This document shows positions 40,382 to 50,672 of a stretch of 64,000 nucleotides of DNA, in pieces. The DNA comes from Leptolyngbyaceae cyanobacterium (lineage in GTDB: Bacteria; Cyanobacteriota; Cyanobacteriia; Phormidesmidales; Phormidesmidaceae). The first letter of the stretch is position 1, and every line of letters starts with the position of its first letter. The stretch is from positions 1,856,001 to 1,920,000 of the forward strand of contig CBDHHL010000032.1 in the NCBI GenBank assembly GCA_965263355.1, in the 5' to 3' direction. Under the pieces are notes generated by a model. The model searched no databases. It was not told the origin of the DNA and was given only the letters and a program-made list of their open reading frames with translations. The position numbers and the translations under genes are program-made.

Positions 40382-41458
40382 ATGGAAATGTCCTATTGCC
40401 TGTTTGAAATCGACCAACATTTTAGTGCTATAAAAACAGACTATCTTGAAGAAGTACTTGCACTGCCGGAGCTTATTCTGGTTCCCAATGCTCCATCCGG
40501 TATTATTGGTGTGATCGACCTGCGAGGAGAGGTTCTTCCTGTGGTTGATTTACGCCTTTGTCATGAAGAGCAATCTCAGCAGTATCGACTGAGCGATAGT
40601 ATCGTCATCTTAAAACAGGCTGATCTAAGCATTGGCATTGTTGTTACTAACATTCAAGATATTAAAGAACTTTCAACCCAGGGAATGATCACTGAATTCT
40701 CTGATTATCAAGGATGGATGAATCCCGATATCATCAGTTTTTTTGATGGCATAATCCTGAGTGAATCGATGATTTTTATGTTGGGTGAGCCCCAATCTTG
40801 GTTTAATCCTGGTGAACTACAGCAGATAATATCGGTTACACGATTTCTTGTGGATGACTTTTCTAAGGCGCGTTCAGAGCAGCCTGACATCCAGATATCT
40901 GCAACCAACGCTACGGCATTTTTTGTCCCTAATGCGACCAGCCAAGAGCAACTTATTTTTCGTCAACGGGCTAACGACCTTAGACAACCAATTGATGACG
41001 GAACTACTCTGGACTCAAGGGTTCTGATTGTGCTTGTCTTAGATGATAAACTGCTGGGGATTGATGCCAACTGTGTCCGCGAATTTATTACCATTAAACA
41101 GGCAACGCCTGTACCTTGCTGTCCCAGACACATTCTCGGGAGTACTAATTTGCGCGGAGAAGTTTTAACTGTGATTGATATTTCTGAGCCCATGGGTTTT
41201 CCTGTCAAAGCATTGCCTAGAAACCCTAAGGCTGTTGTCGTGGAACTTGATAATACCCTTGTCGCCGTAATTATAGAAGAGGTCCGTGATGCCCTGTTCG
41301 AGGTTAACTCAAACAATATTCAAATGGATGTGACATTCCCAACGCGCCATAACTATGTGCAAGGAACGGTTCCCTATGGAGAACAAATGATGCAAATCTT
41401 GGATCTGCCCAAACTATTGCACAGTGATGAGTTAATTGTTAATAACGAGTTTCACTAA
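40382..41458 (+). CDS. cheW: Double-domain CheW
   Basis: GVIDLRGE and GSTNLRGE; paralog of 19245-20342. Confidence 0.9.
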   Translation: MEMSYCLFEIDQHFSAIKTDYLEEVLALPELILVPNAPSGIIGVIDLRGEVLPVVDLRLCHEEQSQQYRLSDSIVILKQADLSIGIVVTNIQDIKELSTQGMITEFSDYQGWMNPDIISFFDGIILSESMIFMLGEPQSWFNPGELQQIISVTRFLVDDFSKARSEQPDIQISATNATAFFVPNATSQEQLIFRQRANDLRQPIDDGTTLDSRVLIVLVLDDKLLGIDANCVREFITIKQATPVPCCPRHILGSTNLRGEVLTVIDISEPMGFPVKALPRNPKAVVVELDNTLVAVIIEEVRDALFEVNSNNIQMDVTFPTRHNYVQGTVPYGEQMMQILDLPKLLHSDELIVNNEFH

Positions 41459-41504
41459 GAACTGATATACCATTTAGGCTAGGTAGCCCCAAACAACCTG
41501 ATCA

Positions 41505-41645
41505 TCAAACGAGAACACGGATGCCAAGAAATCGATCACCTTCCCCGTATTCTCCTTTGCCTGTTTTGAAGAATCGTTGTGAGTATTCTGCAATGGTAGA
41601 ATCGGCCAGAAGTTGGAGAGTTTGACTGATTTCTTTTGCGTTCAT
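41505..41645 (-). pseudogene. Truncated DNA alkylation repair (AlkD-like) gene, first 46 codons only
   Basis: Hand translation [46 protein letters not shown]. FFKTGxGEYGEGDxFLGIRV is typical of the N-terminus of this family. Confidence 0.75.
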
Positions 41646-41863
41646 AATCTGCCGCGCCTACTATTAAGATTTTCCATCGTGAATAAACTCTTCAAATTCG
41701 AGGTTTCTTAAGAACGGATGGTACATTATCAAAGTTGAACATCAATACCGTTCCCGCTTTTTAGTGGAGGGCGTTTACGTTCCTTGCAGATCTAAAGTTT
41801 AGCCCAATACCAGTAATGGCAAGGGCATTCTTGGACTATCAAGGTCGTTTTTCAGGGTGGCTG

Positions 41864-43960
41864 ATGAGTTTATGCATTAATCCCGATTGTCCCCGGCCCG
41901 ATCATCCGGGTAATAATGAGGCCAATAGCTGTCAGGCCTGTGGGACAACTCTGATTTTGGCAGGGCGTTATCGTGTTATGCGATTGCTAAGCAGTCAAAC
42001 TGGTTTTGGCATGGTTTACGAAGCCTATGAACGGGATTTGCCAAAAATTCTAAAGGTGCTGCGTCGCGAGCATGGTCAAACGCCTAAAATCGTGGCTATG
42101 TTTCAGCAGGAGGCGGCTACATTAAGTCAGTTAAACCATCCGGGGGTGCCTTTTATGACTGAGGATGGCTACTTTACCCTGACCACCACCACCATGGCCA
42201 CGCCCCTGCACTGCATCGTCATGGAAAAAATTGATGGCATTAATTTAACCCAATGGATGAAACAGCAGGGCTACCATCCTATCCGTGAGCAACAGGCGTT
42301 GCGATGGTTGACTCAATTGGTTGAGATTCTGCAACAAATTCATCAAAGCAACTACTTTCACCGCGATATTAAGCCTGAAAATGTGATGATTCGTACCGGT
42401 GGTCAACTGGCTCTGGTGGATTTTGGGGCTGCTCGGGAAATGACTCAAACCTATTTAAAGCAAGTGAGTAATAGGGGAGGGATTGTCACCGCCATTAGCT
42501 CAGCTGGCTATACGCCCCCGGAACAGGAAAATGGACAGGCTGTGCCCCAGTCCGACTTTTACGCCCTGGGTCGCACTTTGATCTATTTATCGACAGCTAA
42601 AGCGCCCACCGATTCAGCCCTTTACGACCCTTTAGAAAATCGATTTGAATGGCGTGCCTATGCCCCTCAAATATCTACGGAGTTGGCTGATTTGCTAGAT
42701 AGTATGATTGCTCAACGGGTAGTGGATCGACCTGCCAGTGCCCAAGACATTCTGAGACGGCTAACGTCGTTGACTGACCGGATAGATCAAACAGCATCTC
42801 GATCTCCCAGTCCAACAGTTCCTGAAACTACCTTTCCCCAGGGTGCGCTGTTATCGAATTCAGCCTCCACATCGTTACAGTTTGGGATTACTACACCATC
42901 GTGGCAAACATTACCCCAGACGCTGTTGCCACCGAAGCGAAACCGGCGATGGCCCTGGGTGATTGCAACTTTGGTGGGTCTGGTGACCCTGGGCGGAGGA
43001 GCGATCGCACTGCGTCACTATGTCATCCCTCAACCTGTACCGGTGCAGCGTCCAGAGCCAAAACAGCTGAAAGTACAGCTCCAGCGAACGTTGCCAGCCC
43101 ACAGTGGAACTATCAATGACTTGCTGTTGTTTGCCGATGGCCTACGGATGGTCAGTGCCAGTGCAGATAAAACGATTCGGCTATGGGATTTAACCTCTGG
43201 TAAAGTGTTGCAAACTTTAGGCAATCAAACTGGTTTTGTCAATACGGTCCTGCTCAGCCCGGATGAAACCCTGCTTTACAGCGGTAATGCTGATGGTGCC
43301 CTACAGGGATGGATAATTGCCAACGGCACTTCACTTTGGCAGCAGCCTACTGCCCACAGTGGACCTATCAATACAATTACCCGTACCCCTGATGGTCAGC
43401 AATTGATCAGTGGTGGAGCCGATGGTCAAATCCATATTTGGCAGGCCAGCACCGGGCAATTGGTGCGCTCCCTGGATACTAAGCAAGGTGCGGTCAATAG
43501 TGTTGTGGTGACGTCAGACGGTCAGTACATAATTAGTGGCGGTAGCGATCGCACCATCAAGCTATGGAAAATCTCTACCGGCAATCTGGCTCGCACATTA
43601 AAGGGACATGAAAGTTTTATCAACGCCCTGGTGATTAGTCCAGATGGTCGTTTTTTATTTAGTGCTAGTGCCGACGGCACTATCCGTCAGTGGCAGATTA
43701 AGACCGGTAAACTGCTCCATATTTTGTCGGGACACACTAGCTTTATCAACGACATGGTCTTTAGTCGAGATGGTCGCACACTGAGTACAGGCAGTGCTGA
43801 CAAAACCGTGCGTATCTGGAATGTAGAAACTGGTGCAGCAGAACAGGTACTGACCGGGTTTAATATGCTGATCGATCACGTGGTGGTGTCATCGTCGGAT
43901 CAAATTGTGACAGCTAGTCGAACAATACCTGCCATCAAGGTTTGGTCGCGGGATCAATAA
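41864..43960 (+). CDS. Ser/Thr protein kinase with 4-Cys prefix, TM helix and WD40 propeller
   Basis: CINPDC...CQACG, HRDIKPEN, DFG, GYTPPEQ, TM segment and about seven WD40 repeats. Confidence 0.93.
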   Translation: MSLCINPDCPRPDHPGNNEANSCQACGTTLILAGRYRVMRLLSSQTGFGMVYEAYERDLPKILKVLRREHGQTPKIVAMFQQEAATLSQLNHPGVPFMTEDGYFTLTTTTMATPLHCIVMEKIDGINLTQWMKQQGYHPIREQQALRWLTQLVEILQQIHQSNYFHRDIKPENVMIRTGGQLALVDFGAAREMTQTYLKQVSNRGGIVTAISSAGYTPPEQENGQAVPQSDFYALGRTLIYLSTAKAPTDSALYDPLENRFEWRAYAPQISTELADLLDSMIAQRVVDRPASAQDILRRLTSLTDRIDQTASRSPSPTVPETTFPQGALLSNSASTSLQFGITTPSWQTLPQTLLPPKRNRRWPWVIATLVGLVTLGGGAIALRHYVIPQPVPVQRPEPKQLKVQLQRTLPAHSGTINDLLLFADGLRMVSASADKTIRLWDLTSGKVLQTLGNQTGFVNTVLLSPDETLLYSGNADGALQGWIIANGTSLWQQPTAHSGPINTITRTPDGQQLISGGADGQIHIWQASTGQLVRSLDTKQGAVNSVVVTSDGQYIISGGSDRTIKLWKISTGNLARTLKGHESFINALVISPDGRFLFSASADGTIRQWQIKTGKLLHILSGHTSFINDMVFSRDGRTLSTGSADKTVRIWNVETGAAEQVLTGFNMLIDHVVVSSSDQIVTASRTIPAIKVWSRDQ

Positions 43961-44139
43961 TTGCTATGCGTAACTTCACCCAAAATCCCATAACACTTAC
44001 AGAAAGCTTACGTAATTCTTCCGGAAGTAGGTATAAAATCATACTCAAGTAACACGTAATTCTTCGGGGAACTTGCTTGAACCCGTTTGAATAACCTTCG
44101 CAATACCTACTGTAGTCATAGCTTGTTTGGGAAAAACCA

Positions 44140-44394
44140 ATGTCACCAGCCTTTTTTGTACTTTTACCGTTCACATTGCTCCTGATGATGGCCAAGGGGG
44201 TTGGCAATAGCTCAGGCAAATCAACATTAGAAAAGCTTTCTTCTGACGAAGTGATAGATTTATTAACGGATCGGAAAAGTGCCGTCTCTCTTTTGGCAGT
44301 CGCTGAAAAAGAGGCATTGGATGCCCATAATAACCGTGTTGTTGTTGGTCCCAATGGTCGGCACTATCTTGTGAGCAACTTCACTCAGATGTAA
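44140..44394 (+). CDS. Small hypothetical protein with N-terminal hydrophobic segment
   Basis: 84-aa ORF in otherwise intergenic space; no recognised motif. Confidence 0.5.
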   Translation: MSPAFFVLLPFTLLLMMAKGVGNSSGKSTLEKLSSDEVIDLLTDRKSAVSLLAVAEKEALDAHNNRVVVGPNGRHYLVSNFTQM

Positions 44395-44556
44395 TACCAA
44401 ATCCGAGTTCATTAACCCCGAGCAAACATGCATCAGTCCGCAGGGGCAATCCCTTTGCGGTTCAACTGGGCTAACCCTCGAAGCCTTGCTCTGCGATATC
44501 GGGTAGAAGTAGCCAAGATTTTGTATAGTTCCAGCCTCAAAAAATACCCCAAATAG

Positions 44557-44605
44557 CTCCAAATACACGCTGCTGGTTATCAGGTTCAGCAGCGTATAGC
44601 TGGAG
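44557..44605 (-). terminator. Hairpin downstream of the leftward glucan operon
   Basis: ACGCTGCTG...CAGCAGCGT core with CTCCA/TGGAG extension, followed by T-rich sequence on the minus strand. Confidence 0.5.
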
Positions 44606-44640
44606 GATAAATTTGGCACACCCTTCAGGGGACGAGGTTT

Positions 44641-46614
44641 CTAAAACAAAACCAATACTCGAGCTTCTTTGGGTTCCAATTTCAACGCCAATAAGCCATC
44701 TGCCACATCTACCGATTGCCCCGTTTCCACTTGCTCGTATCGAGTCACACCTTCTTCAACAAATGGCAGCAAATACTCCCCTCCATAGGTAGAGTATGCA
44801 TATAGAATCCTAGGCTGTCCAGCTTCTCCAGATTCCCGTAGCATAAATAGATCATTATCATCATCTGCGCTTGGAGGCGACAAAAAGCGAGTTGTTCCAT
44901 AGCGCAAGACTGGATAATCTTGCCGTAGATGGGCCATATGTTGAGTGGTTTGATAAATCTCATCTTCCCAACCGATGGACTCTGGCCAAATCATCATCGG
45001 TCGATTAAATGGATCACCACCCACCCCAAAAAGTCCTTGATGTTTTGGATGATAGGGAACAGCCAACCCAGTTTCTGTACCATACATAATCAATGGCACT
45101 CCCCGAGCCGCAAATTGAAACTTAATTAGACTCTGATAGTCTTGTGCAGTGCCGTTAGGATAGTAGGTTCTGACCCTGGGCTGATCGTGATTTTCAATAA
45201 ATGTCACCCACCCCTTAGCATCTTCGTCAGAAATTTTATCGAGGGAGTCTCGCGGAATTTCCAAGGTTTGGGCAGGATTCAATAATCCTTTCGTCACACG
45301 CTTAAAGGGACCAGCATTGTAGTATTCTCCTTCTCGTCCCAGACAAATCTCCTTGAGTACATAGGGACGACCATCCCAGCCGCGATCGCCCATAAAAAAG
45401 CGACGGGCTGCTTCACTCAAATTAAAGTCAAACTGGGTAATATCGTCAGTACGGGTAAGGAACTCAATGCTGGGCTGATTGCGATAACCACCGCTAAAAT
45501 ATTCTCCCACCAACACGGCATCAGGATTGATGTCTAAAACCGTATCTTCAAACTTACGCCAGAATTTATAGTTGACGTGTTTGACCGCATCTAGCCGGAA
45601 ACCTGCAATCGGTGTTTGTTCCTGGTTGAAGGTAAGCCAGAACCTAGCTACATCTAAGAAATACTCTTCTACCTGGGGGGCAGACTGGTCTATGTCGGGC
45701 ATACCACCGCTGATTTGACCGTTTTCAATCAGCTCTTGAGATGCTGTATCAAAATCCCAAATCATCATCGGGGGGTGAAACCATCCCTGGGGATCCCGCT
45801 CACCGGTTTTTGGGTCCCAATGGGTGGCCACAAGCTCACCCTGACGGTAAATATTGCCATTATCCGCAAACCAAGATTCACCAAACAAAGATCCACCTGC
45901 TCCCAGCTCGGGAACCTCAGTGGAAATATGCCCAGGAGACGTTTGGTTCATTGTCAGGTCGAGGATAATACCGATACCATGCTCCGCAGCCTCGTTTAGT
46001 AACTGGCGAAAACTTTGGTACGGATCATCACTATTGGGAGAGCGATAATGCTCTTCCATGGCAAACCAGTCCTTAGTCCAATAGCCATGGTAAGAGGTGG
46101 AAATATGACGATAAAAGTCATCGGGAGCGGTATCAATCTTTGAACGATGCAGATAGCTCTCAATGTCAGGATGGTAAAACATCCCGTTCGCATTGTCTTG
46201 AATTGGCGACAAAATTATCTTGGTAATGCCCAACTGTTCAAGGTAATCCAGCTTTTGAGTGACCCCTTGCAAATCGCCTCCCCAATACATGCCCATGTAG
46301 CGATGGGTTGGATCATAAGTATGGTTGAGCATCAACCGGTTCATTGCCTTATAAAGCGTTTCGGACGAACTGTCCTCTGACGTTTCAGAAAAGGCAAACT
46401 CTGGCACATTATTTCTGGGTTCAGCGTCAAAAAAACGATCCACAACAATGTAATACAGTACATCGTTGCCAAGATTTCCACGGGTGTGAGCTAGGGCTGG
46501 GGGGCAAATCAGACTAAAACTCAGACAAAGGAATAGGCCGATGCTGAATAGGAAACGAATAAACAGGGAAGCAGGTCTCAAGGGAGGGTATTGATAATTG
46601 ACAACGGTAATCAA
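44641..46614 (-). CDS. Exported GH13 alpha-amylase/CGTase-like enzyme
   Basis: Signal peptide ending PPALA; YWGGDLQG, YHGYW; catalytic GFRLDAVKH / VGEYF / IENHD. Confidence 0.88.
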   Translation of the reverse strand: MITVVNYQYPPLRPASLFIRFLFSIGLFLCLSFSLICPPALAHTRGNLGNDVLYYIVVDRFFDAEPRNNVPEFAFSETSEDSSSETLYKAMNRLMLNHTYDPTHRYMGMYWGGDLQGVTQKLDYLEQLGITKIILSPIQDNANGMFYHPDIESYLHRSKIDTAPDDFYRHISTSYHGYWTKDWFAMEEHYRSPNSDDPYQSFRQLLNEAAEHGIGIILDLTMNQTSPGHISTEVPELGAGGSLFGESWFADNGNIYRQGELVATHWDPKTGERDPQGWFHPPMMIWDFDTASQELIENGQISGGMPDIDQSAPQVEEYFLDVARFWLTFNQEQTPIAGFRLDAVKHVNYKFWRKFEDTVLDINPDAVLVGEYFSGGYRNQPSIEFLTRTDDITQFDFNLSEAARRFFMGDRGWDGRPYVLKEICLGREGEYYNAGPFKRVTKGLLNPAQTLEIPRDSLDKISDEDAKGWVTFIENHDQPRVRTYYPNGTAQDYQSLIKFQFAARGVPLIMYGTETGLAVPYHPKHQGLFGVGGDPFNRPMMIWPESIGWEDEIYQTTQHMAHLRQDYPVLRYGTTRFLSPPSADDDNDLFMLRESGEAGQPRILYAYSTYGGEYLLPFVEEGVTRYEQVETGQSVDVADGLLALKLEPKEARVLVLF

Positions 46615-47889
46615 CTAGGTGCCAGTATGGTCGGGGTTGTTTAACACGGCCTGACTCGCCAAGGTATTGGCCAGGTCAATGCCATACTCTTGGAGAATAT
46701 CGGGGGGATTATTTGCGATCGCATCAGGCTCATAAAGGGCCTGCCAAAACGCTGGAAATCCAATAATGATCTCGTCTGAATCAGGCAAATGGGCTGTCTG
46801 AATCGGTGAATCAGATATCTGAGCTAACTGTATCTGATCCAAATGTCCGAACATAGAAAACCAAGCTCTATTGAACTGGGTACCCGCACTAATCATCCAC
46901 CCGGACCAACCCGGAGCTACCAACACAACACAGTAAACACCACAAATGATCGACAACAACCAACGCCGATTTAGACTGTAACGATCAGTCACAGGAGTCA
47001 ATCGCCACAAAAAGCGGTATCGTAACTCACGCCAATAGCCTTGGAGCGTCTCGACCAAACGATAGATATATTGAGACACCCTGGCCGACTGTTCTTGTTC
47101 ACTGAGGGCAGTCGCTTGTTCTCGTGCCCAAGCCGAATATTGTTCCTCTAGCCACGCTATTCGGAAATGAAACCACTCGCCGATATTAAAGCCAATAATA
47201 TAACCATAGGTATTGACCAAATAAAACGTGAGCATTTCGAAAAAAGCAAAATGCACTAGTGGAGCTAAGCTAAATTCTGCTGACTGGGCAAAGAAAATAC
47301 CCACTGTATACATCGACCAACTCAGCACCAGACCCGCATAATCCACTAACGGCTTTAGCAATACCTGACGCATGGGAATATCTTCACTAGTAGCATTAAG
47401 ATCCTCGTGGAGATACTTAGAAGCAATTCGCTGCCAACGGCTTGGACGCTCAGCAACAGGCGAGGGCGAGGGCTTGGGACGAAAGGGATTAACCTGTCCC
47501 TCAATCAGCATTTTGCGCCCTAGCAGGTAATAGATGAAGTACTGAATAATTGTGTAGGGAATCAGACCAGACCAGGTAAATGCCCGTTGCCAAGGCCCTA
47601 AACCTGTCACAATCAGGAAAAATCCCAAATCACATCCAATTTTCCAAGCAACAAACCCAATAGTCTGCTCAAATACTACGGGAAAATTTACCCGAATCGA
47701 TTGCCATCTCGGACCTTCTGGCAATCGCTGTAGCAATTTTTCCCTAACCGCAGGGCGGAGCAGTAACTGCTCAACTAACAGATCTCTGACTAATACATAG
47801 CTAGCTAAAGGTATCAGGATCTGAAAGAGCTTACTCGCTCCATACCGAATACCCATGGAATTAACTGAAATAAATGGCAGGTCGAGCAT
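46615..47889 (-). CDS. Unknown polytopic membrane protein
   Basis: 424 aa with about six hydrophobic segments; directly abuts the downstream GH13 gene and starts 15 bp after the upstream one. Confidence 0.8.
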   Translation of the reverse strand: MLDLPFISVNSMGIRYGASKLFQILIPLASYVLVRDLLVEQLLLRPAVREKLLQRLPEGPRWQSIRVNFPVVFEQTIGFVAWKIGCDLGFFLIVTGLGPWQRAFTWSGLIPYTIIQYFIYYLLGRKMLIEGQVNPFRPKPSPSPVAERPSRWQRIASKYLHEDLNATSEDIPMRQVLLKPLVDYAGLVLSWSMYTVGIFFAQSAEFSLAPLVHFAFFEMLTFYLVNTYGYIIGFNIGEWFHFRIAWLEEQYSAWAREQATALSEQEQSARVSQYIYRLVETLQGYWRELRYRFLWRLTPVTDRYSLNRRWLLSIICGVYCVVLVAPGWSGWMISAGTQFNRAWFSMFGHLDQIQLAQISDSPIQTAHLPDSDEIIIGFPAFWQALYEPDAIANNPPDILQEYGIDLANTLASQAVLNNPDHTGT

Positions 47890-47904
47890 TCTAGTCCAAA
47901 CTAT

Positions 47905-50028
47905 CTAGTTAAAACAGTATTTGAGTACAATCAAGCTTCTGGCCCCAATTCTAAGTTTGAGAACATTAGCCTGGTTAGAAAAGGTGCCTGTAGATTTTTC
48001 TAATCGTGTTCCAGGAGAATAGGCCTTCTGAGAATTACGATTATTCGCTATCCAGTCACCGTCAAAGAGCACCGTCCAATATCCTGCAAAGCCATCAGGT
48101 ACTGGTAACTCGTAACACCGATCATGATCAAACTCAGTGGGACCAAAGTTAAACATCACAAGCAAAGAATCTTCTAACGGTCCATGGCCATGCCTAAACA
48201 GGCAGAGTAATGAATCATCATGGTTAACATGATGGACATGGGATGTTACCTGGGGGGCACCCGTTGCCGCATCTACCTTGGTGTAGGTACGAAATATCTT
48301 GCGTAGACTAACCATATCAGCGCGATGTTGGTCATGCAGCCGGAACACCTCATGGCTTGGCAATCCTGTGTCTAACCAGCTTTCTAAAGCTTTGCCAGAC
48401 AGCCCTTCCCACGCTACCTTCCACTGATTGTCATCATCTAAACAGCCCAAGCTTAAGGCATCCACACCAGGTGTGAACATATATCGTCGGGTAGCCATGA
48501 ACATTGTCAGCGCTTCTGCATTGCGAACCATGCGACGTACATAGTCAAGCAACCGCTCAGAAGACAGCAAGCCTTGGTCAATCAATATCTCACCGTGGTC
48601 CTTAGCTAGCTGGGCTGGATGCTTACCATATGCCCAGGGAACAGTCGGTCGGCCTTGGGTCACATGGGGACAATACCAGGTCTCATCATGGAGCTGAGCA
48701 TAGAACGACTCTGATCGCTCCGACTTCAGCACCTCTTTAATATGGGTGGCCAACACCTCAACATCTGCATGTAGTGGCCTACCAGAATCGGTTGGAGGCT
48801 TATAAAGCTCTTCTAATATGGAGAAACCAATCGGTGCATAAAAGCTATCAATAAACGATTTAACAGCCTCATTGCCAGCCATTTCAAAGGTTTCACCCAG
48901 AGTTAACACATCGGGACATGCTTGCTTGAGTTCGGTCCGGAGTTCTTGAATAAATAACTCTCCGTAATTGATGTCGCGGTTAGAGTACTGCAGGATCAAC
49001 CCATCCACATAATCAATCCGCACTACCTTAAGCCGGTAACGCATAACGAATGCAACAAACTTTTCAATCAACATTCGTCGGGTACTTGGTTGCTCTAAAT
49101 TCAGCATCCACGTACCGTAGTCCCGAAACAAAAAAGCCCCCGCATCAACAAAGGGTTTGGGATTATCCTCAACCACATTATCCATCGAACCCTCAAAGGG
49201 CGACTTTACCTGATGGGCAAAAATCAGATCGGGGATCAATCGTAGTTGATGCTTATTACATTGATCTAAAAGCTGTTTAAACTCTTGAGCCTGACCAATC
49301 TGCCAATCGACATCAACAAAGTTGTAGGTTAAGTAGTTGAACTTAGGATTGAGATTAGCCCGATTAGCCACCGAAGAGCAGACAGGCACCATAATTTCGT
49401 CAATCCCCTGGGTGGCTAACTGTCCAATCAAATCGGTCGACAGGATGCGAGCAGCAACGGAACGATAGTGGAGTTCATCCAAACTCCTCGGAGCAAATCG
49501 CCCTCCCTTATAGCCCGCCAATAACCCCTCTAACGTAGTTTCCAGCAAAACAGTAGCATGCTCATAGACGGGAGGAGTATGCTTCCACTCGTAGCGCAGA
49601 CACGGAATGTAGGTGGTGCCATAGAGACTTTCACCATTATTTAAAGGCGCAATCGATTTCCACTGCCCATCAGCGTGACGATATCGAAACAAAAGGCGAC
49701 TGCCTTCAGGTACCCGCTTAAGGTCCAATACCCACAATTCTGGATCTTCCCGAGAAGGATTTAATGACTGCCACTGCCCTCGTGCTAATCGCACCTGCAC
49801 AGAAGTAACCGACGGTTGAGTATTCTCCTCAGTCGTTGTAGGTAAATAAACGACCGCACAAATATCAGCTCTACCATCCTCAAAAACCTCAGTTACATGG
49901 GTTAGGTAGTTGGGTAAATAGCCAGAGTGCCAATGATCTAAAGAACAAGCAGGATACTCCAACGGACCAATTCTTGGAAAACTGATAGGTGCGGATTTCC
50001 CTTCCCGCAAGCCTGGATCAACAAGCAT
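47905..50028 (-). CDS. Divergent GH13 enzyme (branching-enzyme-like), no signal peptide
   Basis: PDLIFAH, DYGTWM, VRIDYVDG / LGETF / QLHDE and a GlgB-like C-terminal domain. Confidence 0.8.
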   Translation of the reverse strand: MLVDPGLREGKSAPISFPRIGPLEYPACSLDHWHSGYLPNYLTHVTEVFEDGRADICAVVYLPTTTEENTQPSVTSVQVRLARGQWQSLNPSREDPELWVLDLKRVPEGSRLLFRYRHADGQWKSIAPLNNGESLYGTTYIPCLRYEWKHTPPVYEHATVLLETTLEGLLAGYKGGRFAPRSLDELHYRSVAARILSTDLIGQLATQGIDEIMVPVCSSVANRANLNPKFNYLTYNFVDVDWQIGQAQEFKQLLDQCNKHQLRLIPDLIFAHQVKSPFEGSMDNVVEDNPKPFVDAGAFLFRDYGTWMLNLEQPSTRRMLIEKFVAFVMRYRLKVVRIDYVDGLILQYSNRDINYGELFIQELRTELKQACPDVLTLGETFEMAGNEAVKSFIDSFYAPIGFSILEELYKPPTDSGRPLHADVEVLATHIKEVLKSERSESFYAQLHDETWYCPHVTQGRPTVPWAYGKHPAQLAKDHGEILIDQGLLSSERLLDYVRRMVRNAEALTMFMATRRYMFTPGVDALSLGCLDDDNQWKVAWEGLSGKALESWLDTGLPSHEVFRLHDQHRADMVSLRKIFRTYTKVDAATGAPQVTSHVHHVNHDDSLLCLFRHGHGPLEDSLLVMFNFGPTEFDHDRCYELPVPDGFAGYWTVLFDGDWIANNRNSQKAYSPGTRLEKSTGTFSNQANVLKLRIGARSLIVLKYCFN

Positions 50029-50672
50029 AGCAATCTTCCTCTATTCCCTAGTTAAGGCACCATGAAAAAGGCCAACGTTAGCCTCGTTATTGTCAAATAC
50101 AGATTTTAAAAGATAGATAATCCTATAAAGACCAGCTATGAAGGTTTTGCGCGGTAGAGCAACATACTTTTCAAGATGTAAACAATATAAACGTGTCACA
50201 AAATGCGTCTGCCAAGAGGTATTACAGAATACCTTTAAGAGCCGAAAAAGGTGTTTTACTATCTGTACGAGGTTAGTAGACCTGAACGACCGTTTTAATA
50301 TCCTTTTAACACAAATGTTCCGGAGAGCTAGAACTTTGTTTGGTTACAGGCTTTAGATCGTTACTTGCTTTCTAAGATTTTTATTCTAGCATTAAGTTTT
50401 GTATTTAAGAAAATACTCTGAAGAAAGTAAAATTAGTTTGGTGGCTTTTGCAAAGAGACGAGATTTTATACAATATTTTTTGGTGAAACTGGGGTTGCTA
50501 ACTACGTAGCGGCTCACCCTGCTCGATTGATTGGTCAAGAAGCCGAGGTGCTTCGTTAACTTGTCAAGCCCTAGTGCTTGTGTCACAAGTACAATATATT
50601 GATTTTCTTGGCTCAATTGCCAATCTGCCTACATAGTTGTTCAAATTTTCATAAGGTAACTAGACTCACGGA

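Noticed and set aside
43935..44619. Minus-strand ORFs of 139 and 118 aa
   Set aside because: They overlap the more plausible plus-strand 84-aa ORF and hairpins, with no recognisable motifs.
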